A DNA stretch of 64,000 nucleotides from a virus: positions 16,561 to 80,560 of the IMG/VR virus record IMGVR_UViG_3300045911_000155; one strand, written 5' to 3'. The notes beneath the pieces were generated by a model, which saw only the letters and a program-made list of their open reading frames with translations, ran no database searches and was not told where the DNA came from. Each line of letters begins with the position of its first letter. Positions within the stretch are counted from its first letter, which is position 1. Shown in pieces: positions 1-6,857 of the stretch. Made by a program: the position numbers and the translations under genes.

Positions 1-290
1 CCCACAGTTGGCAGTCCACGCATTTCCCGGCGCTCTTTCTCCGTGAAGGGGAGAGTCAGTTCCGCGTCTGCATCGATGCCGTGCAACACTTTCAGATCCT
101 TCGCCAATTCCATCGTCCACGTTCCCTTTAGCTGACGCGCACGCGGCTTGACCAGCACTTTCGTGACGGTCATCGGAAAATTGAGTGCTTCGCCGCCGGG
201 GAGCGGTCGTATCAGCGGCTTGGCTTTCACCGTTGTGCCCGCGATGGCACCGGCGATCATTCCGAATAGTCCGCGACGTGTGAATTTCAT
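1..290 (-). CDS. Partial ORF (runs off window): Tat-like signal peptide fused to a major-capsid (gp23)-like segment
   Basis: Manual translation from ATG at 290: MKFTRRGLFGMIAGAIAGTTVKA...VTKVLVKPRARQLKGTWTMELAKDLKVLHGIDADAEL... This aligns to IDKVTVTAKTRALKAEYTVELAQDLKALHGMDAETEL in the MCP at 43279-44613. Not in the ORF track because no stop falls in the window. Confidence 0.75.
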   Translation of the reverse strand, partial: MKFTRRGLFGMIAGAIAGTTVKAKPLIRPLPGGEALNFPMTVTKVLVKPRARQLKGTWTMELAKDLKVLHGIDADAELTLPFTEKERREMRGLPTV

Positions 291-319
291 TTGAATGCCT
301 TTGGCTGAATGAGAGAAAT

Positions 320-673
320 CTATTTGGTTTCGACCGGCACATCGGCCAGCAAGTCCAAGTACTTTTGCGGCACCATCGCCGGGTTGAGTACGATGGTCCG
401 GTTCGCAAACATCAACGTGCCTTTGCGCGCCGTCAGCGTGATCGGATGCTTCTTCGCCCATTCCGGGTCGTCATCATAGAAGCCGTCCCAATCGTCGTCC
501 ACGCCTTGCACCGTGATCCGGGCTTCGTCTTTGCGATAGGCGTTTTGTTTGATGCCGACGCGAACTACCTTGCCGATCCGAAGAGCGGCGCACCGGCCTA
601 ATGCGTGACCGTAGACGATGATCGCGCCCGGCTCAATCGGCTGTCCCATCTTGTCTTTGAGTGGTAGTTCCAT
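320..673 (-). CDS. Hypothetical phage protein
   Basis: 117 aa ORF with coding-like composition, downstream of the tRNA operon on the same strand. Confidence 0.7.
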   Translation of the reverse strand: MELPLKDKMGQPIEPGAIIVYGHALGRCAALRIGKVVRVGIKQNAYRKDEARITVQGVDDDWDGFYDDDPEWAKKHPITLTARKGTLMFANRTIVLNPAMVPQKYLDLLADVPVETK

Positions 674-693
674 TGATCCATTCTACGACGAAC

Positions 694-883
694 TGGTGGG
701 ATAGCCGGGACTTGAACCCGGACAATGTTTTAGCATTGCGACTTCAGGATACATTGGATCGGTTTGGCCGATCCCTACCCGCTTCCCTAGCGACCCTTAC
801 TCAGAGCCGGTTGGTGCATCTGGAACCCTACATCGCGCCCACGCTCCGTTTTTCGTGCGCTCTGTCCGTTGAGCTACTATCCC
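694..883 (-). ncRNA. 190-nt tRNA-like RNA with a large structured insert
   Basis: Acceptor GGGATAG/CTATCCC-A-CCA, D arm GCTC/GAGC, T arm CCGGG-TTCAAGT-CCCGG; no canonical anticodon loop and an insert of about 115 nt. Confidence 0.75.
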
Positions 884-891
884 AAATTCTT

Positions 892-980
892 TGGTGGCGG
901 AAAGGGGACTCGAACCCCTACGGTATTGCTACCACATGACTCTCATTCATGCGCGGCTACCAAGATTACGCCATTCCGCC
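892..980 (-). tRNA. tRNA-Leu(GAG)
   Basis: GGCGGAA/TTCCGCC acceptor, CATGA-ATGAGAG-TCATG anticodon arm, long variable arm, encoded CCA. Confidence 0.9.
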
Positions 981-987
981 AAAGTGT

Positions 988-1074
988 TGGTCGCGGGAGT
1001 GGGACTCGAACCCACACGACATTTCTGCCACATGCTTCTGAGACATGCGTGGCTACCAATTACACCATCCCGCG
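988..1074 (-). tRNA. tRNA-Leu(CAG)
   Basis: CATGT-CTCAGAA-GCATG anticodon arm, type II variable arm, CCA. Confidence 0.92.
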
Positions 1075-1167
1075 AAAAAAGACCAGAACTTTCATCATCC
1101 ACCGTCAAGCGGTTTGCCCGCCGCAATTGTTTTGGGCCTTGGAATTAAACCAAGCGCTCTGATCTTT

Positions 1168-1252
1168 TGGTGGCCGAAGAGAGACTTGAACTCTCACGCC
1201 CGAAGGCACCGGGTTTTGAATCCGGGGCGTCTGCCAATTCCGCCATTCGGCC
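1168..1252 (-). tRNA. tRNA-Leu(CAA)
   Basis: CCGGA-TTCAAAA-CCCGG anticodon arm, type II variable arm, CCA. Confidence 0.9.
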
Positions 1253-1352
1253 ATTTGTGGAAGCCTTTCACTTCACTTGACCATTCTGGATCGCCAGTAT
1301 GATTACCCCGCCGATGAACGTTTCACTAGTACCGTGCATCGGAACATCGATT

Positions 1353-1440
1353 TGGTAGCGGGAGTGGGACTCGAACCCACACGACATTTCTGCCACTAAT
1401 TTTTGAGACTAGCGCGGCTACCGGATTACGCCATCCCGCC
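1353..1440 (-). tRNA. tRNA-Leu(CAA), second copy
   Basis: CTAGT-CTCAAAA-ATTAG anticodon arm; variable and T arms nearly identical to the Leu(CAG) gene; CCA. Confidence 0.9.
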
Positions 1441-1444
1441 ATGT

Positions 1445-1660
1445 TCAACGATTTATCACACCCCATGAAGCTCCGCAAGGTGAAGTGGGGAAGCCGCACC
1501 CTTCGAGTTGATCCCGGACCCATTCAGCTTTCTGTTCGTTCGTCATTTTGCTGAAGTGATCTGAGTATTCTTTGCTGGTGACCAGCATCGTGATCTGAAA
1601 ACAGATATCAACCAACTTCTGTTCCCGTCCTTCAGGTGTCAGTTCCGTTCGTGCGGCCAT
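1445..1660 (-). CDS. Small hypothetical protein embedded in the tRNA operon
   Basis: MAARTELTPEGREQKLVDICFQIT... (71 aa) fills the gap between two tRNA-Leu genes. Confidence 0.7.
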   Translation of the reverse strand: MAARTELTPEGREQKLVDICFQITMLVTSKEYSDHFSKMTNEQKAEWVRDQLEGCGFPTSPCGASWGVINR

Positions 1661-1674
1661 GACCCTATTGTAGT

Positions 1675-1758
1675 TGGTGGGCGCGAAGGGATTCGAACCC
1701 TTACGCCGAAAGGCACTAGTTCCTAAGACTAGCGTGTCTGCCGTTCCACCACGCGCCC
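1675..1758 (-). tRNA. tRNA-Leu(TAG)
   Basis: CTAGT-CTTAGGA-ACTAG anticodon arm, type II, CCA. Confidence 0.92.
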
Positions 1759-1759
1759 G

Positions 1760-1837
1760 TGGTCGGATCTGATGGACGCTACCCATCTCCCATGTGTCCC
1801 CGATTTGGACACCGCGACCGCTTGTCGCTAAGACCCG
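1760..1837 (-). ncRNA. Pro-like tRNA mimic with non-canonical T loop and enlarged anticodon loop
   Basis: CGGGTCT/AGATCCG-A-CCA acceptor; GCGAC/GTCGC D stem; GTGTC-CAAATCGGG-GACAC; GATGG-GTAGCGT-CCATC in place of a TTC T loop. Confidence 0.7.
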
Positions 1838-1841
1838 TTAA

Positions 1842-1919
1842 AACCGTAAGCAAATTGAGTAGGCCACGGAATGTTTTTCAACCATAGAAAGATAACCATG
1901 ACCAGTTCGGCTTACAGTT
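1842..1919 (-). ncRNA. Y RNA-like (stem-bulge) RNA 1
   Basis: CTGTAAGC-C-GAA / TTT-GCTTACGG bulged terminal stem (GNCGAA motif); upper stem GGTCATGG/CCGTGGCC; loop starts TTATC. Confidence 0.65.
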
Positions 1920-1997
1920 TGGTCTAGGTGGCGGGAATCGAACCCGCTTGAATGTCCTGTTCCCGAAACAGGCGGCTGACCTTTAGCCCACACCTAG
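1920..1997 (-). tRNA. tRNA-Pro(CGG)
   Basis: CCTGT-TTCGGGA-ACAGG anticodon arm, C1-G72, A73, CCA. Confidence 0.88.
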
Positions 1998-2020
1998 ATG
2001 AATCGTATCACAGCAAATAG

Positions 2021-2109
2021 TGGCAACGGATAGCGGGATTTGAACCCGCAGTGGCTTTTTAGGCCGACTGTTTTTGGACAGTTGTGTTTACCATTTCACG
2101 ATAACCGTT
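2021..2109 (-). tRNA. Atypical type II tRNA-like gene (8-bp acceptor, G73, abnormal anticodon loop)
   Basis: AACGGTTA/TATCCGTT-G-CCA, GCGGG-TTCAAAT-CCCGC T arm, ACTG-TCCAAAAA-CAGT, variable arm GGC/GCC. Confidence 0.65.
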
Positions 2110-2132
2110 ATCCGTCCGGCTGTGACACGATT

Positions 2133-2209
2133 TGGTCGGGAAGGCGGGAATCGAACCCGCTCGATGTCCTGTCCCCCAGACAGGCGGCTCACCTTTAGCC
2201 CACTTCCCG
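2133..2209 (-). tRNA. tRNA-Pro(GGG)
   Basis: CCTGT-CTGGGGG-ACAGG anticodon arm, CCA. Confidence 0.9.
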
Positions 2210-2298
2210 AATGCGCGGACAAACATCGTCCGCAAAACTCGTTTCTCTCATTCAGTTGTCAAATACCAGTTGCTCTCATCGTCTGCACGATGTCGGCT

Positions 2299-2374
2299 TG
2301 GTCGGGGACACGGGACTCGAACCCGCATCTTCCTGTACCCAAAACAGGTGGCTTACCAATTAGCCAAATCCCCG
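2299..2374 (-). tRNA. tRNA-Pro(TGG)
   Basis: CCTGT-TTTGGGT-ACAGG anticodon arm, CCA. Confidence 0.9.
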
Positions 2375-2380
2375 AAAGAT

Positions 2381-2457
2381 TGGTCGGGCATGCAGGATTT
2401 GAACCTGCGACTTCACCGTCCCGAACGGTGCGCTCTACCAAGCTGAGCCAATGCCCG
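2381..2457 (-). tRNA. tRNA-Pro(CGG), second copy
   Basis: CACCG-TTCGGGA-CGGTG anticodon arm, canonical D and T arms, CCA. Confidence 0.93.
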
Positions 2458-2515
2458 AAAAATCGGTCACACTACGGGATTACGCAAAAATGAAAAGGGG
2501 AGTGGAAACGTTACG

Positions 2516-2623
2516 TTACCGCAATCGCGGCGAACGTAACCCGCTAAGGGAAGCGGGGAGAGGCAACGATGGTAGGAGTATTGCGCCGGTGGTGGTCGTC
2601 GTGATGTCGATGATGTTGCGCAT
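2516..2623 (-). CDS. Putative 35-aa leader peptide of the tRNA operon
   Basis: MRNIIDITTTTTGAILLPSLPLPASLSGLRSPRLR*; AAGG upstream; stop lies inside hairpin 2510-2540; sits between the promoter and the first tRNA. Confidence 0.55.
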   Translation of the reverse strand: MRNIIDITTTTTGAILLPSLPLPASLSGLRSPRLR

Positions 2624-2661
2624 GGTCGTTGCCTTTGTGGGTGGTTGTCCGCCCACATTCC

Positions 2662-2692
2662 TATTTATACAGACGTTCAGGCCCGATGTCAA
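2662..2692 (-). promoter_or_regulatory. Dual sigma70 / T4-late promoter of the tRNA operon
   Basis: TTGACA-17nt-TATAAA, with the -10 extending to the exact T4 late consensus TATAAATA; T-tract UP element upstream. Confidence 0.8.
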
Positions 2693-2769
2693 GGTTTCGC
2701 AAAAAAAATTTCGAACCGATAAATACTGGTGTTCGAATGGAGATCAGTAACCACGAACGGAGGAATCGA

Positions 2770-2940
2770 TTGAAGAAACTTCTTTCTGTTGCTGTCCTTG
2801 CTATGGCCTTGGCCGCTAGTGTTTCCCCGGTTGCCGCATTTGGACCGCTTCCGCCACCCCCGGTGGAAGATGTTCATTGTGAGCCGAAGGAAATCTGTTT
2901 CCTTGGCATCTGTGTCATTTGGGGCTGTGCTTCGTACTAG
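2770..2940 (+). CDS. Small secreted Cys-rich peptide
   Basis: GGAGGA RBS, TTG start, signal peptide KKLLSVAVLAMALAASVSPVAA, mature part with PPPP and 4 Cys; ATAAATA upstream. Confidence 0.7.
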   Translation: MKKLLSVAVLAMALAASVSPVAAFGPLPPPPVEDVHCEPKEICFLGICVIWGCASY

Positions 2941-2965
2941 TCCTTCCATTCAACAATAACCAGTC

Positions 2966-2997
2966 GGGCCGGTACCTCACCGGCCCTTCTTCTTTTC
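2966..2997 (+). terminator. Intrinsic terminator
   Basis: GGGCCGGT-ACCTC-ACCGGCCC followed by TTCTTCTTTT. Confidence 0.7.
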
Positions 2998-3017
2998 TGG
3001 TATATAATCACATCACC

Positions 3018-3317
3018 ATGCTCTTCACTGTCACGCACCGACAAGATGTCTTGCACTACCTGAGCCAGGAATTGAATCTGGCATCGATGCTTCTCCGGGT
3101 TGCCAGCAACACACCGAAAAGCCCGATGAATCGTCAGTTGGCGATTCGTTTGCAGACTGTTGGCATGACGATCCGCCTCATCAAAGATGTGCCCGGCGAT
3201 GTCACGCTGGATATGATGCTGAATCGTGTTCCGGTTTCACTTCGGGATGAATTGCAAGGGATCGTCGGTGTTCATCCGGTTGTTGCAACTCCCGTAGCAA
3301 TTCAATCATTCGTATAG
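3018..3317 (+). CDS. Hypothetical protein
   Basis: ATG just downstream of TATAAT; 99 aa. Confidence 0.55.
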   Translation: MLFTVTHRQDVLHYLSQELNLASMLLRVASNTPKSPMNRQLAIRLQTVGMTIRLIKDVPGDVTLDMMLNRVPVSLRDELQGIVGVHPVVATPVAIQSFV

Positions 3318-3530
3318 TTCTTCGCAGTACCCGCCACACCAATCACACACGGCATCGTATCCGGTGCCGTATCCGCTGAACCCACTGCCACCACATTTTC
3401 GGCACGGCATCCGCGCGGGCGGCGACCACGGAAACCACCGGCCATCATCGCGCCAGTCCAACCCAATCGCCACGATGAAAATGAACGCGGCTACTTGCCA
3501 CGGAAAGAATGACAACGCGGCGACCGACAT
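3306..3530 (-). CDS. Membrane protein with DnaJ-type CxxCxGxG zinc finger
   Basis: Hydrophobic N-terminus; CRKCGGSG...CDWCGG. Confidence 0.5.
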   Translation of the reverse strand: MSVAALSFFPWQVAAFIFIVAIGLDWRDDGRWFPWSPPARMPCRKCGGSGFSGYGTGYDAVCDWCGGYCEELYE

Positions 3531-3625
3531 CAGGAATAGCAGGATCTTGGCAATGCCGGTCAGGAACGATCCATAGAGATTGATCTTTTGTGGAGTCGCG
3601 TAAATAGCTTAGACTGGAAAAAATC

Positions 3626-4105
3626 ATGTCTTGGGTTGAATCAGAATACGCAAATTTGATGTCGTTGACGGAGTACAACAGTCAGCGGCGCGTGGTCATC
3701 ATGCGCGGAATCTCCGGGTGTGGAAAAAGCACGTACACGCGCACCCATTTCCCCGGTGCGAAAGTGTACAGCGCCGATCACTACTTCGAGCGAAATGGCA
3801 CGTACCAGTTCGACCCGACGAAACTCAAGAACGCCCATGAAGACTGCTTTCGGAAATTCCAACAAGGATTGATGAAGGGCGAACCGCTGATCGTCATTGA
3901 CAACACCAATACCCGGAAGTGGGAAATGCAGCGCTACTATGACGCGGCGGTCAAGGCTGGCTACGATGTCAGCGTCGTCCGGCTGGTCTGCGACCCGGCG
4001 AAGGCGGCGGCGCGCAACGTGCATCAGGTTCCGGCGGACAAGGTGGAACAGATGGCGTCGCGGTTTGAACCGTGGCCCGGTGAACAATTGGTCCGTACCA
4101 CTTGA
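3626..4105 (+). CDS. AAA_33 / N4BP2-like P-loop (polynucleotide) kinase
   Basis: MRGISGCGKST Walker A, SADHYF, IVIDNTN, RNVH motifs; TAAATA late promoter at 3601; start may be 3659. Confidence 0.85.
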   Translation: MSWVESEYANLMSLTEYNSQRRVVIMRGISGCGKSTYTRTHFPGAKVYSADHYFERNGTYQFDPTKLKNAHEDCFRKFQQGLMKGEPLIVIDNTNTRKWEMQRYYDAAVKAGYDVSVVRLVCDPAKAAARNVHQVPADKVEQMASRFEPWPGEQLVRTT

Positions 4106-4129
4106 CATATAGATCAGAAGTGCTATACT
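4102..4129 (+). promoter_or_regulatory. Early promoter, repeated type
   Basis: TTGACATATAGATC...TATACT. Confidence 0.65.
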
Positions 4130-4528
4130 GAAGCCGTGGCATACTTGCTCAGTTTCATTTTCTTCAAGGCTGTTTCGACACAGCTTCAGGCATGCCACCT
4201 GACCTTGCTCATCGTTCTGATCGTGCTGGCTTGCCAGATTGCGTGTATCACCGTGATGGTGAAGGCACCGAAGGTCGAACGTTGGTACATGGTTCTGTTC
4301 AGTTCGATTTCCGCGATGGCGTATTTGATATGAGAACCATAGACATGACGGGTTATTTCGGCGTGCCGGGCACGTTTCGATCCACGGTTGTCCACGCGGT
4401 CGATGAGAACCGAGTTGCGATTTGTGGATACCGGGCGCACAAGAGCTATGAGTTCCAGTGGTGCGCGCGCGGGCTGAAAGAAGATTACGTGGAATGCCGC
4501 AACTGTTTGCGGCGGATAAGGAAGGAAC

Positions 4529-4747
4529 GTGAACGCACATCGCTGGCGAACGCTGGTCCGCGTCTTGTTGGTCACCAACGAAGGGATATGGTGCGTGTTT
4601 CCGGCATGGGATCACAAAGTCGCCGTGTTGCTCGACTCCGCAATCTTCGAGCGTCCCGTGGAAAGCGGTTACCGCTTCCATGCTGAAGTCACGCTCAACG
4701 CGGTCGATCCAAACGACCTCAAGCCCGACAAGTTCGAGTTCGGATAG
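4529..4747 (+). CDS. Hypothetical protein
   Basis: 72 aa, AAGGAAGG RBS. Confidence 0.6.
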   Translation: MNAHRWRTLVRVLLVTNEGIWCVFPAWDHKVAVLLDSAIFERPVESGYRFHAEVTLNAVDPNDLKPDKFEFG

Positions 4748-4763
4748 GGCATAAATTCATGCC

Positions 4764-4958
4764 GTGGACAAGCAATGGAAAGAAATCCGGCACGGAGAGA
4801 TCATCCGCATCAGCGATGATTTCTCACAGACTGTCAGAACTGAAGACCCGCGCGCTTATGTGGTTTTGCACGGAACCCTTCGAGTTCAAGGCGGTAAAGT
4901 AGGCATGAAGGTTCGAGTTTATTTCAACGGAAAGGACTGGCGCGGGGAATCCCGCTAA
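4764..4958 (+). CDS. Hypothetical protein
   Basis: 64 aa ORF in a co-directional run. Confidence 0.5.
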   Translation: MDKQWKEIRHGEIIRISDDFSQTVRTEDPRAYVVLHGTLRVQGGKVGMKVRVYFNGKDWRGESR

Positions 4959-5065
4959 CACTCAATGTTCGACTCTTACAATGGCGGTCGTCCCGTCAAC
5001 TACTACTACGATTCGCTCGACAAGAGCTTCATCCGTCTTTTGAGCCTAGTGGGTGACGACGACTA

Positions 5066-5446
5066 GTGCGACACATCATCGTCACCACGCCGAAAAGTCA
5101 GATCGCCACCGCCGCTGAAGAGGCACAACAATGCCTCAAAGCCGGTGGCGGTTCGTATTTTCGGACCTTCCGTTCCCGGCCCGCCGGTCTTGGCGAAGGA
5201 AGCCGGATCTACTATGTCCAAGACGGTTACGTGCGCGGCTATGGTGTCGTGTCGGAAATTGCCGTGGGCGGTATGGTTTGCGCCACGACCGGCAAGGATT
5301 GGGGCGAAGGTTACCACGCCGTCATCCCCGCCGATTCGTGGACATGGATCAAGCCTCTTCCGATGAAGGGCTTTCAGGGCTGGCGCTACTTTGCGGAGCC
5401 GACACAGGATCTTGGCGGTTGGCGCGATCCAATGCCTGAAGTATAG
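5066..5446 (+). CDS. Possible ASCH/PUA-like domain protein
   Basis: GSRIYYVQDGYVRGYG and PMKGFQGWRYF resemble ASCH-like motifs. Confidence 0.5.
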   Translation: MRHIIVTTPKSQIATAAEEAQQCLKAGGGSYFRTFRSRPAGLGEGSRIYYVQDGYVRGYGVVSEIAVGGMVCATTGKDWGEGYHAVIPADSWTWIKPLPMKGFQGWRYFAEPTQDLGGWRDPMPEV

Positions 5447-5521
5447 GCCGAATCTCCCGCCACGTCACCCCGCCCGGCTTGCAATCACAGTAGCACCTTC
5501 CACAGTACGGACACGGTGGAA

Positions 5522-5734
5522 TCATTTTTCCAGTCTACCGCGTTTCTCCCACCATTCTGCCCACCGGCGCAACTTCGCTTCCATCGCTTCCAGTTCCACC
5601 GCGTCCTGATACTCCCCGCGATTCTCTTTCACCCACCCGCCACAGCATTCACACTGGCGGGCTTTGTTGTTCTTGGTCTGCCGGACTTCCGCGATCAACG
5701 CGGCGGCGGCAAGCAATCGTTGTGTGTTCGTCAT
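5522..5734 (-). CDS. Small hypothetical protein with CxCC motif
   Basis: GAGG RBS, ATG at 5734. Confidence 0.55.
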   Translation of the reverse strand: MTNTQRLLAAAALIAEVRQTKNNKARQCECCGGWVKENRGEYQDAVELEAMEAKLRRWAEWWEKRGRLEK

Positions 5735-5816
5735 AGTGCCTCTACTAGTGGAATGTACAGGTCGAAGACGATCTGAGCGGCCCGGCCAAACTTTTTTCGA
5801 TTTTTTCAAGAAGGTG

Positions 5817-5862
5817 TTGACATATATGTCAGACTATGAGATTCTAGGTTCAGAGAGACGAC
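5817..5862 (+). promoter_or_regulatory. Early promoter with palindromic operator and conserved GAGAGACGAC leader
   Basis: TTGACATATATGTC-...-GATTCT; the same cassette occurs at 6812, 8104, 8641, 14099, 22719(-), 36769, 37409 and 43157. Confidence 0.8.
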
Positions 5863-6507
5863 ATGACAAACACTAACGAAATGACCACCACCCTGATTCC
5901 GACCGCTGAAGTTCTTGTGAACCTGAACACTGCGATTGCCACCGTGAACGGTGAGCCTGAACCGCTGATCGAAATGCCGATTGAGCCGGTTGTCGAAGCC
6001 GTCGCGGTTCCGGTTGAGCCGGTTGCGAAGAAGAAGAAGCCGACTACGAAGCGTCGCAAGACCGCGAAGAAGCCCGCGCCGGTGGTCGAAGCCGCGCCGA
6101 TCACCTTCGGTGGTGCCTACGCCGTCCCTGAAGAAGAGACGATGGGTGTGATCGAACAGATCCGGGTCGCGATGAAGAACCCGCTGGCCGCGTTCGCTGG
6201 TTTCATCCTTGGCGGTTTCGTGCCGGTCGCTACCTTCAGCGTCAGCCACCTTGACAAGACGCTGAACGAATATGTGCTGTGGACGCTGGTGATCGGTGGT
6301 CTGATCTACTCCGCGCTCACGGTCTTCGGTTGGGCGAAGCTGGCCTTTGGTAACGCTCTCAAGGCTCTTGGCTTCGTGGTTCTGATCGAAGGCGTCATGA
6401 CGCTGAGCGGCCTTCCGATGCTGAGCTACGCGGCGCTGGCCCTTCTGGTCATCATCAACGGCATCGCGACGGGTGCCAACCTGAGCATCAAGGGCAACGC
6501 CCGCTAA
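5863..6507 (+). CDS. Early membrane protein (about 4 TM) with Lys-rich N-terminal linker
   Basis: Several hydrophobic helices in the C-terminal half; strongly biased codons. Confidence 0.8.
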   Translation: MTNTNEMTTTLIPTAEVLVNLNTAIATVNGEPEPLIEMPIEPVVEAVAVPVEPVAKKKKPTTKRRKTAKKPAPVVEAAPITFGGAYAVPEEETMGVIEQIRVAMKNPLAAFAGFILGGFVPVATFSVSHLDKTLNEYVLWTLVIGGLIYSALTVFGWAKLAFGNALKALGFVVLIEGVMTLSGLPMLSYAALALLVIINGIATGANLSIKGNAR

Positions 6508-6538
6508 GCGCGGCCCTTGGCGCTCTTGAAAGGACGAC

Positions 6539-6802
6539 ATGGACTCAACACTATACGCCCGCGTTCTGAACGGCCTGAAGGCCATCTACGCGCAACGGCG
6601 GTCGGCTTGGCACGGAACGCCGGTGTCGTTTGAAATGAAGCCGGACGGCATCTATGGTGTCATCACGGAACAAGGCGGACTCAACAGTCAGAAGACCGCC
6701 GAATTCAGCTTCCGGGATTCGGTCACCGGGTCATGGAAGGCGGGCGGTGACTCCATCAAGATTTTTGGTCAGCGGTACACGTTGGACGGCGAAAAAATTT
6801 GA
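6539..6802 (+). CDS. Hypothetical protein
   Basis: AAGGA RBS, 87 aa. Confidence 0.7.
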   Translation: MDSTLYARVLNGLKAIYAQRRSAWHGTPVSFEMKPDGIYGVITEQGGLNSQKTAEFSFRDSVTGSWKAGGDSIKIFGQRYTLDGEKI

Positions 6803-6857
6803 AAATAGTGCTTGACATATAAGTCGCCGCTTGTTATTCTGACTATGGAGAGACGAC

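Noticed and set aside
694-883. tmRNA or group I intron-containing tRNA
   Set aside because: No G3-U70 pair, a full D stem is present, there is no convincing tag frame, and the insert is short with no recognisable group I core
661-2493. Plus-strand ORFs across the tRNA cluster
   Set aside because: They are antisense translations of tRNA genes
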